Of a stretch of 64,000 nt of DNA, positions 10,737 through 22,421 are shown piece after piece. The notes under the pieces were generated by a model. It searched no databases and was not told the DNA's origin. It was given only the letters and a program-made list of their open reading frames with translations. How positions within the stretch are numbered: the first letter of the stretch is position 1; each line of letters opens with the position of its first letter. The position numbers and the translations under genes were made by a program. The DNA comes from Candidatus Marinacidobacterales bacterium (GTDB taxonomy: Bacteria > Acidobacteriota > Vicinamibacteria > Marinacidobacterales > SMYC01). The DNA lies in the NCBI GenBank assembly GCA_965224085.1, contig CBDCYI010000004.1, positions 1,440,001 to 1,504,000 on the forward strand, written 5' to 3'.

Positions 10737-11230
10737 CGGATGTACTTTCTTATTCGCTCCTCGTCAAGGCCAACCGTACTCACACAGTACCCCTTCGCCC
10801 AAAAATGCAAGCCCGTCATACGACGTTCTTTCAGCAATTCTCGGTGGATGCGTACCGCATTCTTCCCTTTCAGAAAACCGATCGTGTGAGATACGCTGTA
10901 CTTGGGAGGGATGCTCATACACAGGTGGATGTGGTCCGGTTGCGCGTTGCCTTCTATCAGTTCTACTCCTCTCTGCTCACAAAGCTCTCGAAGAATTCGC
11001 CCCACGCGACGCCGAAGGTCCCCATATAACACCCTTCTACGATACTTGGGGATGATCACCACGTGGTACTTGCATTCCCATCGCACTTGCGACAGGCTTT
11101 TCCATTCGTGCATGCAGGTTCTCCTTTCGGAGGCCCCACAGGGTCTTCCCGGAGGGGGAACCTAGCACACGCCGGATCGCTCGAAGCTCTTCGGGTCACG
11201 CCGCCAGAGGCGGCGGGTTTATTAGCGGAC
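10737..11230 (-). mobile_element. tnpA: IS200/IS605-family element, left end plus 3'-truncated tnpA (ATG at 11113)
   Basis: CKYHVVIIPKYRR, DHIH (HUH), FWAKGYCVSTVG, KYIR; hairpin cgccgcc-aga-ggcggcg at 11199-11215; right end absent; outer boundary approximate. Confidence 0.85.
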
Positions 11231-11293
11231 TAAACGAACGCCTCCGAGATTTCCACAACGTCCCAGGGGTGCGCTTTTTCGCCTACGCGATGA

Positions 11294-12526
<1,233 letters not shown>

Positions 12527-12608
12527 ATCCCTAGTCTAGCGCCAATCGCATCCGAAGTGAGCACTATCAAATGTCACAGCCGTTGGCGTTGCACGTCAGA
12601 TCGCCTCT

Positions 12609-12935
12609 CTAGAAGTCGATGCGTGTGCCCGCGCCTGTTTCGAGTGCTCGCCGGTAGAGAAATTGTGCGGAGGCGAGGTCCTCGACGGCAATTCCGAGGG
12701 ATTTGAAGAGCGTGATCTCATCTAAGGAGTGATAGACGCAGCCGATCTGTGCGGTGACGAAGCATGACAAAAGAGCCGGAATGGAGGGAAGCAGGAAGGA
12801 GAGAAAAATCGCAGGGCCCGTCGAAGCCGCGAGCTCTCCGGGAAGGATGAAAATGGAAGCGCCCACGACATAGCCGACGAGCGTAGCCGCCGCTCCTCCG
12901 AGACCGATGCTGCGCTCGAGCTGTTGGCCTTCCAT
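12609..12935 (-). pseudogene. chimeric remnant: APC amino-acid permease N-terminus joined to ornithine cyclodeaminase/mu-crystallin C-terminus
   Basis: LERSIGLGGAAATLVGYVVGASIFILPG... then EITLFKSLGIAVEDLASA; junction near 12730. Confidence 0.75.
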
Positions 12936-12991
12936 GGGTGCGCATAATACATCGCCCGGAGAGGCGAGAGATTTTGCATTATGATGCGCGC

Positions 12992-14098
12992 GTGCGTTTG
13001 GCTCCACTGATCGGGCTTCTCTTTTTCGCGTCCGCCGTGCATGCGGACGCCCGCGATCGCATCGAGCTCTATACGATCGGCGCCGGCGACGAGCTCTTCA
13101 ACAAGTTCGGGCATGCCGCGATTTGCGTGATGGCGGACGACCTTCCTGCGGGAGGGCACTGCTATAACTACGGCACTTCGGATTTCTCGCGACCGATAGG
13201 CCTGGGCTGGGACGTCGTCGTTGGACGCGCCAAATTCTGGGTGTCCGCTTCCGATGTGTTCTCGATGATCTTTTGGTTCCAAGAGCAGGATCGCACTATC
13301 TACCGGCAGGTGCTGCCACTCTCGGACGAGCACGTCGCAGGCTTCAGGGCGGCCCTCAAGCTCGACGCACTGCCCGAGAATCGAGAGTACATCTACAGCC
13401 ATTTCCTCGACAACTGCTCGACGCGACCGCGGGATTTGATCGACGCGGCCACAGGAGGCGAGCTCCGGAAAACGCTCATCGAGAGCCCGCTTACGTATCG
13501 AGACTACGCACGCGAAGGTTTCGCCGGGGCGCACTGGGCGCTCGTGCCCGCGGGGGACTTGATCCTTGGCCGCTGGGTCGACCAGAAGCTCGGTGCCTTC
13601 GAGGCGATGTTCATCCCGCGCGTGCTCCGCTCGGCTGTCGAAGAGCGTTTCGACGCCCGTCCGGAAGTCGTCTACGCGCGAAAGAAGCCTCTCGACCCCG
13701 GAAGCGTGTCGGGCGCTTACGGGCGCTTCTGGGTCGTCGTTCTCGTGCTCTCCCTCACCGCCTGCGTCTCGCGCAAAGGCGCCGGGCTCGCCGTAGTCAT
13801 CGTCGCCGTCTTCGGAACGTTGATTTGGGTCGGCGCGGTCGTGTCGCCCTGGCCTGAGCTCCGGTGGAATGAGCTCGCGCTCATTTTGTTTCCAGCCGAT
13901 CTCTGGCTCCTCAAGCGAAGCGCGTCGACGAGCTACGCGAAGGCTCGTCTCGCGATGCTGGGCGCCGTCGCAGTCCTCGCTGCAGCCGGCATTTTCGTCC
14001 AACCGCTTTGGCCGTTCTGGGCTCTGGCGACCGCCGTGGTCGGCGCCTGCTGGTGGCACCGCCGAGCGGGTACACTTCTCGCTTCGAACAGGGGGTGA
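12992..14098 (+). CDS. DUF4105 (Lnb-like) membrane protein
   Basis: Signal peptide, FGHAAI, YNYG, YxYSHFLDNCSTR, C-terminal TM helices. Confidence 0.75.
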   Translation: MRLAPLIGLLFFASAVHADARDRIELYTIGAGDELFNKFGHAAICVMADDLPAGGHCYNYGTSDFSRPIGLGWDVVVGRAKFWVSASDVFSMIFWFQEQDRTIYRQVLPLSDEHVAGFRAALKLDALPENREYIYSHFLDNCSTRPRDLIDAATGGELRKTLIESPLTYRDYAREGFAGAHWALVPAGDLILGRWVDQKLGAFEAMFIPRVLRSAVEERFDARPEVVYARKKPLDPGSVSGAYGRFWVVVLVLSLTACVSRKGAGLAVVIVAVFGTLIWVGAVVSPWPELRWNELALILFPADLWLLKRSASTSYAKARLAMLGAVAVLAAAGIFVQPLWPFWALATAVVGACWWHRRAGTLLASNRG

Positions 14099-14101
14099 GC
14101 G

Positions 14102-14499
14102 ATGGATCGTAGAGAGCAGTGAAGTTCACGACGTCATCGTCATCGGCAGCGGGGCCTCTGCCGGGATGGCGGCCTACAACTTGACGCAAAAGGGCCATGT
14201 ACGACACGGCCGAGGAAATCCTTGAAAAAGCCGGCGCCGAAGTCGTTCCCTTCGAACGAGACGCGCAGGACGACCCGGGCTCCGCTATCCACGAGCACAG
14301 CACCTGCCGCATGGGCGCGGATGCGAAGCAGTCGGCTTTGAACGCGTTCAACCGCATGCACGAAGTCGAAAACCTTTTCGTCGTGGACGGCTAAGCCTTC
14401 ACCAACGCTTCGGAGAAGAATCTGACGCTCACGCTCCTCGCGCTCTGTTTGCGGGCGTCGGACTATATCGCCGAGGAGATGCGCGCCGGCAACATATAG
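14102..14499 (+). pseudogene. GMC oxidoreductase remnant with most of the gene deleted
   Basis: DVIVIGSGASAG N-terminus joined at ~14195 to HEHSTCRMG...[21 protein letters not shown]-terminus, which also has a TAA. Confidence 0.8.
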
Positions 14500-14507
14500 A
14501 TTGAGCT

Positions 14508-15371
14508 CTACTTGGCTCTTGCCGCGTAGCCCATGCCTTCATGGAGAAAGCGTGCTCCGAGTATGGCCGTCTGAGACTGAAAATCGCGCGGCGGGCTCAC
14601 CTCCACGACATCCATCCCTATGAGCGTCCAATGTCCACGCCCGAGAAAATCGAGCACTTGCCGCGCGCTCAATCCTCCGGGAACAGGGTGTGATACACCG
14701 GGAGCGTAGGCGGGGTCGATGCCGTCGATATCGATCGTCACGTAGACCGAGGCGCCTTCGGGAATGTGCCGAAGCTCCGGCAGTGGGCCGGGCAGCTCGC
14801 GCGCTTCGTAAATGAAGAGCTTGTCCCTGTAACGGTCGCGTTGCGGATGCTGCGCGGCGCTCATCGTTCGGATGCCGAGCTGTGTCAGGCTTTCCACATG
14901 GCTCATCTCGACGATCCGTGCGCCAGTGCAAGCGTGTGAGCTCGGGTTGCCTTCGAAATCGGGGTAGAGATCTGGGTGGGCGTCCACCTGGATGACATGG
15001 ATGGGTGCCCTAAGCACCTCCGCCGCAGCCACAACAGGGACAGTGATCGCATGATCGCCGCCGGCGACGAAAGGTACTTTACCGCTTTTCCAAAGCTCTT
15101 CTAGCCGGGCTCGATAGACAACTGCACTGGCCTCCCAGTTCTCGCACGGTTTCAAATCGCCCAAGTCGAGGACACTCTCGGCCAAGTCGACACCGTTTTC
15201 CGTCGTCGCGTTGAAGCAGTTGCCGTCGTAAGCCTGACGCATGGCTTCGGGCGCTTCCGCCGGGCCGTGCAGATAGGTGGATTGCGTGTCGTCCGCGATA
15301 CCGAGAAACACCCAAGGCGTTTTCGTCGCGTCACTCTTCGTGAAACAGCCGCCGAAAGGTAAGGGCTTCAT
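14508..15371 (-). CDS. agmatinase/arginase-family ureohydrolase
   Basis: GGDHAIT, DAHPD, SHAC, DIDGIDPAYAPG, DVVEVSP. Confidence 0.9.
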   Translation of the reverse strand: MKPLPFGGCFTKSDATKTPWVFLGIADDTQSTYLHGPAEAPEAMRQAYDGNCFNATTENGVDLAESVLDLGDLKPCENWEASAVVYRARLEELWKSGKVPFVAGGDHAITVPVVAAAEVLRAPIHVIQVDAHPDLYPDFEGNPSSHACTGARIVEMSHVESLTQLGIRTMSAAQHPQRDRYRDKLFIYEARELPGPLPELRHIPEGASVYVTIDIDGIDPAYAPGVSHPVPGGLSARQVLDFLGRGHWTLIGMDVVEVSPPRDFQSQTAILGARFLHEGMGYAARAK

Positions 15372-15449
15372 CATCGTCGAAACTTGCATGTTATAATAAT
15401 GCTCTTCCGAGGCAACTCTATCTGCCTTTCCGTGGAGGCTTTGCTGCCC

Positions 15450-16450
15450 ATGGCCTATTTCGACCTGAATCCGCTGCTCGTAAGGATGCTCGACGTCGTC
15501 CCCGGTATCTCCGACTTGAATCTCTCTGTAGGGAAACCACCCCAGGTCGAGATCGATGGGAAACTCAAAGGCGTCCCTTACGCGGGAGTCGAGAAGCTCG
15601 TGCCGTACCAGACCGAGATCATCGCGTTGAGGCTCTTGCGAGGTAAGCGGGATTTGATCGAAAGGCTCTTGCGTACGGGCTCCGTGGACCTCTCGTATGC
15701 GATCCCGCAGAAGACGCGGTTTCGCGTTAGTGTCTTCACCCAGCGCGGATCTTACAGTATCGTGCTGAGGGTCATCCCGAACAGGATCCCGACGGTAGAA
15801 GAGCTCGGTATCCCACCTCAGCTGAAAGAGATCACGGAAGAGCGCACCGGCATCGTCCTCGTTACCGGGCCGACGGGGTCGGGCAAATCGACGACGCTTG
15901 CGGCTGTGATCAATAAGATGAACGGGGAAAAACCCATCCATATCATTACGATCGAAGATCCCATCGAGTATCTGTACCCCCGCCATGCAGGCGACCATCA
16001 ACCAGCGCGAGGTTGGCGCCGATACAGAAAGCTTCGCCCTCGCGCTCCGTGCTGCATTGCGGCAAGCGCCGAAAGTGATTCTCGTGGGTGAGATGCGTGA
16101 TGCCGAGACCATCAATACCGCGCTCGAGGCGTCAGAGACGGGCCATCTCGTCTTGTCGACGCTTCACACCATCGATGCGTCCAAGACCATCGACCGCATC
16201 GTTGGTGTCTTTCCCAAGAACGAGGAGCGGCAGATCCGTACGCGCTTCGCGCAATCCTTCCGATGGATCGTGAGCCAACGTCTCGTGCCGAAGATCGGCG
16301 GCGGGCGCGTTGCCGTTTGCGAGATCTTGCGGGGCACGGCTCGCACGCGCGATTACGTGAGGGACGGAGAGAAAGAAGGAAGGAGCCTGCTCGATGCCAT
16401 GGAAGACGGCGCCCTCGACGGCATGCAGAGCTTCGATTCTGAGCTAAACG
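15450..16450 (+). pseudogene. pilT: PilT/PilU retraction ATPase, frameshifted near 15977-15985 and 3'-truncated
   Basis: GPTGSGKST, TIEDPIE, ALRQAPKVILVGEMRD, TGHLVLSTLHT split across two frames at a C run. Confidence 0.8.
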
Positions 16451-16700
16451 AACTGTCCGAACTGCTCCAATCGGCTCGTAGTGGATGATGCCAAGGTTCC
16501 CGATACCCCGTTCATGCTCAAGTGCCCGAAGTGTCAGGGCACCATCAAACTTCCCGGAAAGGCGGCGGCGGGAGCTTCGTTGCCGCCGCCATCACCACCT
16601 GCTCGCTCGCCTGCGCCAGCCCCTGCCACGCCGCCATCACCACCCGCTCGCTCGCCCGCGCCAGCCCCTGCCACGCGGCCCACTCCCGATGCCGGCTCAA
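16451..16700 (+). pseudogene. zinc-ribbon (MJ0042-like) protein fragment with Pro-rich linker
   Basis: CPNCSNRLVVDDAKVP...KCPKCQGTI; lacks start, collides with the opposite-strand permease. Confidence 0.6.
16585..16675. repeat. 45-bp tandem duplication encoding PPSPPARSPAPAPAT x2
   Basis: gccgccatcaccacc(t/c)gctcgctcgcc(t/c)gcgccagcccctgccac twice. Confidence 0.85.
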
Positions 16701-17443
16701 TGGGTCCGGACCTTCCGACCGAGAATGTTGTCCTGGGCGCCGAAACGTTGCTGCCAGAGACAGTGGCTCATAACGAGCACGTCCTCCGCACCGGGCCGGT
16801 CGTCTTGTTCCGTGATAGCACGGTCGTGAATGGGAGGCTGGAACAAGTCGAAGAAGCTCGCGGTCACATAAGCCGCGTTCGTACGCTCGGGATCGCCGTC
16901 ACCCGTCATGTTCAGCGCAGCAAGCTCATAGGCCGCGATCCCGTCGAAGGTCCGGTTGTGCTCTCGATAGTGCACGTAGCTTCCGAGCGAGAAGCCGAGC
17001 CGTGGAATGCTGGCTCCCGGCGCCGCATGCCACACGGACACCAAGCGGTCCGAGTCGGGATAGGGGAGCGGGCTGATGACGACGGCGTGCACCACGCTAA
17101 AGATCGCGGTGCTCGCTCCGATGCCGAGTGCGAGCGTCACGACCGCGGCGAGCGCAAACCCTTTTGCGTGAAGCAGTCGACGAACGGCGTAGCGAATGTC
17201 TCGGCCCATGGTGAGCTCTCCTTTTTGCTTTTGGGAAGAAGTCTCTCGGGAGCGGAATCGAAGCAGCAAAGCGCTGCGCGCCAAATCGAAGACCACGTCC
17301 CACCAGAAGCGGAAGGACCCGACACCGCCGCGATATCTCGGGTCGCGTCGTTGATCGTCGAAAAACGCGTAGAGCTCGTCCTCGTGCCGGTCCCGAAACG
17401 TCCTCGGATACGCATTCAAGAGCACGCCGAAGACTTTCTTCAT
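16697..17443 (-). pseudogene. ADOP-type ABC permease, N-terminal fragment
   Basis: LLNAYPRTFRDRH prefix domain, DIRYAVRRL...[14 protein letters not shown]; stops after ~248 aa. Confidence 0.8.
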
Positions 17444-17772
17444 AGCGATTTCAAGGACTTGGCGAAGCGCAAGAGCCCATCGAGATGGGAGAGCTCGCGT
17501 TTCAACGCTCTGCGGCCATCTGCGGACAGCTTGAAGTAGCGCCGGCGGAGTTTTTCAGTGCCGGGGCCGGGCTTGCGCGTCTCCGCTTTCAATAGGCCGG
17601 TTTTCTCGAGGCGCTGCAGCGCAACGTAGAGCGTGCCGGAGCCGAGGCTCACGCGGCCTTTGGTACGCTCTTCGACTGCGAGCTTGATACCGTAGCCGTG
17701 ACGCGCCTCTTGGACGAGGCTAAGCAGAATCTCGGTCTCGACGGGAGTGAGTGTTATATCGACCATCGACAT
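17440..17772 (-). CDS. PadR-family transcriptional regulator
   Basis: RHGYGI...GSGTLYVALQRLE...RRRYFKLS; coupled to ADOP permease. Confidence 0.9.
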   Translation of the reverse strand: MSMVDITLTPVETEILLSLVQEARHGYGIKLAVEERTKGRVSLGSGTLYVALQRLEKTGLLKAETRKPGPGTEKLRRRYFKLSADGRRALKRELSHLDGLLRFAKSLKSL

Positions 17773-17825
17773 AGCGACTGTCGACAGTATAACTCGAATC
17801 TCGACGTCGTCAAGAGATCTCGAGC

Positions 17826-18386
17826 CTACTCGCGCTCATAGATGCTTTGGATGATCAGAGGCTCGTTGAGCTGCTTGTTCTCGAGGCGAACGGTGAGCTC
17901 GAGCCGCTCGCCATCGCTCGAAAAGACGTACGTCTCGAGGACCTTGGTGTCGTCGGCCTTTTGGTCGATCGTGATGTTTTGGCCCACGCGGGTCGCCACC
18001 GTCTCGACGCGCACGCCGTTTTGAAGCTGCCGCTCGTGCTCCTCGCCGTCGAGATAGTAGATGCGGATGCGGCCGCCGCCGTCATCCACAACGAGCTCGT
18101 CCGGCTCCAGCTCGATATAGAGCTCGTCGGCATACTGCATGAACGTTTCGATCGAACGAGTGACCATTTCGGGAAGTTGGGGCGATTCCGCAACTGCTAT
18201 CCTGGCGCCCCGGCGCTCGCCCGCCTTCGCGAGATAACCTCTGACCGCTCGCTGGATCTTCTCTTCTGGATCATCTCCCTCAGTCGTACTCCGAAACCAC
18301 GTTCCGTCGACGTCCTGTGTCCACGCCGGAGGGGCCAGCGCCAAAAACGCCCCCAACATCAAAGTCAAGAGCGTGAGCAATCGCAT
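17826..18386 (-). CDS. secreted hypothetical protein (beta-rich)
   Basis: Signal peptide MRLLTLLTLMLGAFLALAPPAWT; operonic with upstream gene. Confidence 0.65.
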   Translation of the reverse strand: MRLLTLLTLMLGAFLALAPPAWTQDVDGTWFRSTTEGDDPEEKIQRAVRGYLAKAGERRGARIAVAESPQLPEMVTRSIETFMQYADELYIELEPDELVVDDGGGRIRIYYLDGEEHERQLQNGVRVETVATRVGQNITIDQKADDTKVLETYVFSSDGERLELTVRLENKQLNEPLIIQSIYERE

Positions 18387-18415
18387 GAAGGCCTCCGAGA
18401 CCAGATTATAGTCGG

Positions 18416-19903
18416 TCACGTCGAAGCGAGCGCGAAACCCGCCTCGGTGCGCACGACTTTGCCTTCCTCTTCGAGCTTGATGAGCCCCGAGAGCAGCGAA
18501 CGTTCGGCGAGCCGGTGCACGCTTTTGGGCACGTCCGTATAGATCTTCTCGACGAGCTCACGGGCACTCTGCGGTGTCTCATCGAGCTCCGCCACGAGCT
18601 GCGCTTCACGCTCGGCGCGATGCTCGAGTGTTTTGCGAATGACTTTCTTGCCATCCGACACCGGCGGACCGTGGCCGGGATAGAGCGTCCCCACCGCTTT
18701 TGACTCGAGAAGCTCGAGCGAGCGCAAGTAAGTCGCGAGGTGCCCGTCGCGAGGATCGATGAGGATCGACGAAAGGGTCGAGACGAGGTCTCCGACAACG
18801 ATGGCGCCGTATCGCGAGTCTTGAAACGCCAAATGTCCGCGAGCGTGACCGGGCACGTGATAGACCGTGAGCTTCCAATTCGAGCTCCCGTCGGGCGCCG
18901 TTTTCAGATCGATCACATCGCCATGCTCGAGAGGCGTTTTTAAGCGCGCGCCCGGAAGCTCCTTTAGGCAATCCGCATGCGCGTAGGCCGGGACATCGAA
19001 GCGGCGTTGCATTTCGGAAAGCGCGCCTACGTGGTCGGGGTGGTAGTGCGTGAGAAGGATCCCCTCGAGCATGCGGCCTTCCTTTAGCAAGTCTTCCAAG
19101 AATCCCCAAAGACGCGCCTGCTCGCGGACGTCAACGGGAGACGGGTCGACGACGTAGAGGCGCTCTTCGCCCACGACGCAGGTATTCGTGTGGGTCGCCG
19201 GAGGCTGCGTCGGCGTTTGGAGCGGCACGAGAAGAATCCCCGGTGAAAAATAGACACGGTGTGGCGCCCCGCGCTCGTAGGATTGCGTGAGACGCCGGAC
19301 GCGCTCAAGAAGCCCGTTTTGTCCCTTCGACCACTGCTCGAGCATCATCACCATGGGAGGTGCCACTTGGATCTCTCCCTTGCGCCACCGCTCATGGGCG
19401 GCGGCTGGGTCCACGAACGCGCCATCGACGAGCTCTCCGTCCCATATCTCGACTTCGGCGTCTTCAGGCACGAGCGCCCGCAAGAACCACGTGTCGTAGC
19501 GAACCGGTGAGAACGGGGGCGTCATGATCTTGCACAAAGGCATCAAGTCGGACGCGTCGATGTGCTGTCCGTCCGCCTCGAGAAGAGCAGCTAGAGTGAC
19601 GTCCTCGTCCAAAAGCCGTTTGCGGTCGTCGAGCAATCGCGATCGCGACGGCGGCGTCCCTCCCCGCCCCAGCCAAATCCCGGTCTCTTCGAAGAGCTCT
19701 CGCGCACCCGCGGCTACGAAGGGAGTGAGCGAGCCGTCGTGCAGCCCGCGAATGGGGACGCGTGCGTCCTCGGCGTCGAGAGTCCCACCGGGAAAAGCCA
19801 TGAATCCGCCAAAGGAGCGGAGCTTTTGGCTGCGCTCGACAAGGAGAAGCTCTTCCGGACGGTCGCGGCGCGAGACCGCGAGACTGACGGCTAGAAGCTT
19901 CAT
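18416..19903 (-). CDS. NUDIX + metallo-beta-lactamase-fold fusion protein
   Basis: FPGG...ARELFEETG (NUDIX); THYHPDHVG, PGHARGH, GD, PGHG (MBL). Confidence 0.88.
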   Translation of the reverse strand: MKLLAVSLAVSRRDRPEELLLVERSQKLRSFGGFMAFPGGTLDAEDARVPIRGLHDGSLTPFVAAGARELFEETGIWLGRGGTPPSRSRLLDDRKRLLDEDVTLAALLEADGQHIDASDLMPLCKIMTPPFSPVRYDTWFLRALVPEDAEVEIWDGELVDGAFVDPAAAHERWRKGEIQVAPPMVMMLEQWSKGQNGLLERVRRLTQSYERGAPHRVYFSPGILLVPLQTPTQPPATHTNTCVVGEERLYVVDPSPVDVREQARLWGFLEDLLKEGRMLEGILLTHYHPDHVGALSEMQRRFDVPAYAHADCLKELPGARLKTPLEHGDVIDLKTAPDGSSNWKLTVYHVPGHARGHLAFQDSRYGAIVVGDLVSTLSSILIDPRDGHLATYLRSLELLESKAVGTLYPGHGPPVSDGKKVIRKTLEHRAEREAQLVAELDETPQSARELVEKIYTDVPKSVHRLAERSLLSGLIKLEEEGKVVRTEAGFALAST

Positions 19904-19971
19904 CGGCTTGATTATAGCTGTAGCGCTTTCACCGGTTGCGAATGGAGGTCGGAGGCAGCCCTCAAAAGAGC

Positions 19972-22380
19972 TCAGTCTCGCACGGGCACGCCGTCGAGCA
20001 CCTCGCGTACCTTGTCGGCCAGCGATCGCGGCGTGAACGGTTTTTGCAGCAGCTGGGCTTCGTCTTGCACCAGGCCGCGATGTGACATGACCCGGGCGCT
20101 ATAGCCAGACATATAGAGCACTTTGAGCTCGGGTCTCCGGTCGCGGAGCCGCCCGGCGAGCTCCCGCCCGTTCATCCTGGGCATGACGACGTCCGTGATT
20201 AGGAGCTCTGCCTCTAGCTGCTTACGCCTCACGATCTCCATGGCGTGCTCGCCATCGCTCGCCGCGACGACGTCGTAGCCTCGATCTTCCAGGACCTCGC
20301 AAGTCAAAGCGCGCACGCCCTCGTCGTCCTCGACTACGAGGATGATCTCAGAGCCTCCTTGCACGCTCGGCACCGCCAGCTCGACGACCGTCGCGGGCTC
20401 GGGGACGCGCGGCAGATAGACATCGAAGCTCGTGCCGCTCCCCAGCTCGCTATGGGCGTAGATATAACCACCGCTCTGTTTCACGATGCCGTATACCGTC
20501 GAGAGGCCCAGTCCCGTACCCCGGCCGAGCTCCTTCGTCGTGAAGAACGGCTCGAATATGTGGCCCAGCACTTCTCGATTCATACCCAATCCGGTATCCG
20601 AGACGCTCAGGATGACGAAATCTCCCGTCGGTGGTCCATCCGTGAGAGAGCCTCCTCGTCCGAACTCGCCATTGGCTGTCTCGAGACGCAGTACGCCGCC
20701 ACCCGGCATCGCGTCCCGCGCGTTGATCGCGAGATTCATGACGACTTGCTCGATCTGGCCTGGGTCGGCCTTCAAGTTGCCGCATTCCTCCGAAAACGAC
20801 GTCTCGAGACGGATGTCTTCGCCAATCATGCGTGAGAGCATCCGCTCCATGTCGCGCAAGAGCACGTTGAGATCCAGAACGCGCGGCTGCAGCACTTGCC
20901 GCCGGCTGAAAGCGAGCAACTGGCGGGTCAGGGACGTTGCACGCTCCGAAGCAGTCGCCACACCTTCGAGTCGCTCGCTCCCCTTCGGGGAGAGATCTTC
21001 CGTGTGAATCACGAGGTCGGTATAACCGCCGATGACGGTCAGGAGGTTGTTGAAATCGTGCGCGACACCTCCGGCCAACATGCCAATGGCTTCCATTTTT
21101 TGCGCCTGCCGGAGCTGCCTCTCGCTCAACGCGAGCGCAGCATCGGCCTCTTCCCGCTCGGACAGGTCGCGATTGATGGTCGCGATCGAAAAAGGCTCGC
21201 CCGTCTTGTCGTCGAGTACGAGAAAGCTATGGACCTCCACCGGAATTGCCGGTCCATCGCCGAAATGCCGGAAGCGATAGGCCCCGCGCCAGGCGCCGAC
21301 GTCGTGTAGGTACGGGAGCACTTCCGTTCGCAGCTTCTCGTGGTCGGCTTCGAGAACATAATTTTCGAGCGTCGTTCCCTCGACCGCGTCGCTCGATGCG
21401 AGCCCAACCATTTCGAGGCCGGCGCGATTGACGAAGAGCATCTTGCCTTCGAGATCGGCGATCCCGATGAAGTCCCCGCTGTTCTCGACGAGCGAGACCA
21501 AACGTCGAAGCTGCGCGTCTGTCTCGACGCGCTCCGTAACGTCCGAGATGCTCAAAGTCAACCCGACGACTTCCCCATCGATCGTGATAGGGCTGACGCG
21601 CGTCTCGAACGCGAGAATGCCTTCCGGGCTTTCGTAGTCGCCGGAGTAGGAGTCTTGCTGCCCGGTCTCGAATACACGCGCAAAGCAAGCGTTCATTTCC
21701 GGACGATATTTAGGATCCGCGTAGTCGTAGATCGATGTCCCGAGCACTTGCTCGACCGTCAGCCCCGAGACAGCACGGTTGACAAAGACAACGGTCGCGT
21801 CCCGATCGAGCCGCATGATGTGACTGGGCGAGCTTTGCATCACTGAGCGCATAAGCTCTTCGGAGTGTTGTAGCGCCGACTCTGCGCGGCGGATGCGCGT
21901 ATCGTAGAGGTGGAGCACCAAGCCCGCCCAGCCGAGGGCGAGAGCAAGCGTCGCCCAGCGCGACAACGCCGGCTCAACGGGAAACATCCCCATCGTGCCG
22001 CCGGCGGCGACGACGCTCGCGACGCCGAAGAGCAACGCGGCCCGCAGCCCAAGCAGCAACGAGGCGAGCACAACGACGACGATGAACCCAACCATCACTG
22101 GGGAACCGATGCCGCCGGTTAACGCAACCCCGAACGTGACGACACCGAAGAGTAAAATACAGAGAAGCCAGCTTCCTACTTCGAGACGCCAAGCCGCCGC
22201 ACGGCGAATGAGAAGAAGCGATAACACAAAGACAGCTGCCATCCAAAGGACGCGAGTATCGAAGGAGCGCTCCAAAAGAACAGAGGACGCCGAGAGGATC
22301 GCGCTCGCAAACGCCGCCCAGAGACTGACGGTCATCATGCGCAGCTTTTCGTCCTGGCCTAGGGCCCCGACAACATACAT
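19972..22380 (-). CDS. membrane PAS-PAS hybrid histidine kinase with receiver domain
   Basis: TM region, two PAS, AHDFNN, NARDAM, GTGLGL, TDVVMP receiver. Confidence 0.92.
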   Translation of the reverse strand: MYVVGALGQDEKLRMMTVSLWAAFASAILSASSVLLERSFDTRVLWMAAVFVLSLLLIRRAAAWRLEVGSWLLCILLFGVVTFGVALTGGIGSPVMVGFIVVVVLASLLLGLRAALLFGVASVVAAGGTMGMFPVEPALSRWATLALALGWAGLVLHLYDTRIRRAESALQHSEELMRSVMQSSPSHIMRLDRDATVVFVNRAVSGLTVEQVLGTSIYDYADPKYRPEMNACFARVFETGQQDSYSGDYESPEGILAFETRVSPITIDGEVVGLTLSISDVTERVETDAQLRRLVSLVENSGDFIGIADLEGKMLFVNRAGLEMVGLASSDAVEGTTLENYVLEADHEKLRTEVLPYLHDVGAWRGAYRFRHFGDGPAIPVEVHSFLVLDDKTGEPFSIATINRDLSEREEADAALALSERQLRQAQKMEAIGMLAGGVAHDFNNLLTVIGGYTDLVIHTEDLSPKGSERLEGVATASERATSLTRQLLAFSRRQVLQPRVLDLNVLLRDMERMLSRMIGEDIRLETSFSEECGNLKADPGQIEQVVMNLAINARDAMPGGGVLRLETANGEFGRGGSLTDGPPTGDFVILSVSDTGLGMNREVLGHIFEPFFTTKELGRGTGLGLSTVYGIVKQSGGYIYAHSELGSGTSFDVYLPRVPEPATVVELAVPSVQGGSEIILVVEDDEGVRALTCEVLEDRGYDVVAASDGEHAMEIVRRKQLEAELLITDVVMPRMNGRELAGRLRDRRPELKVLYMSGYSARVMSHRGLVQDEAQLLQKPFTPRSLADKVREVLDGVPVRD

Positions 22381-22421
22381 GTGTTCTTGTTCCTGCGGTG
22401 ACGAAAGAATAGCATGAGTGC

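Noticed and set aside
12722-14059. Long antisense or overlapping ORFs such as the 445-aa minus ORF
   Set aside because: Shadow ORFs of high-GC coding sequence with no motifs; the opposite strand carries the recognisable gene
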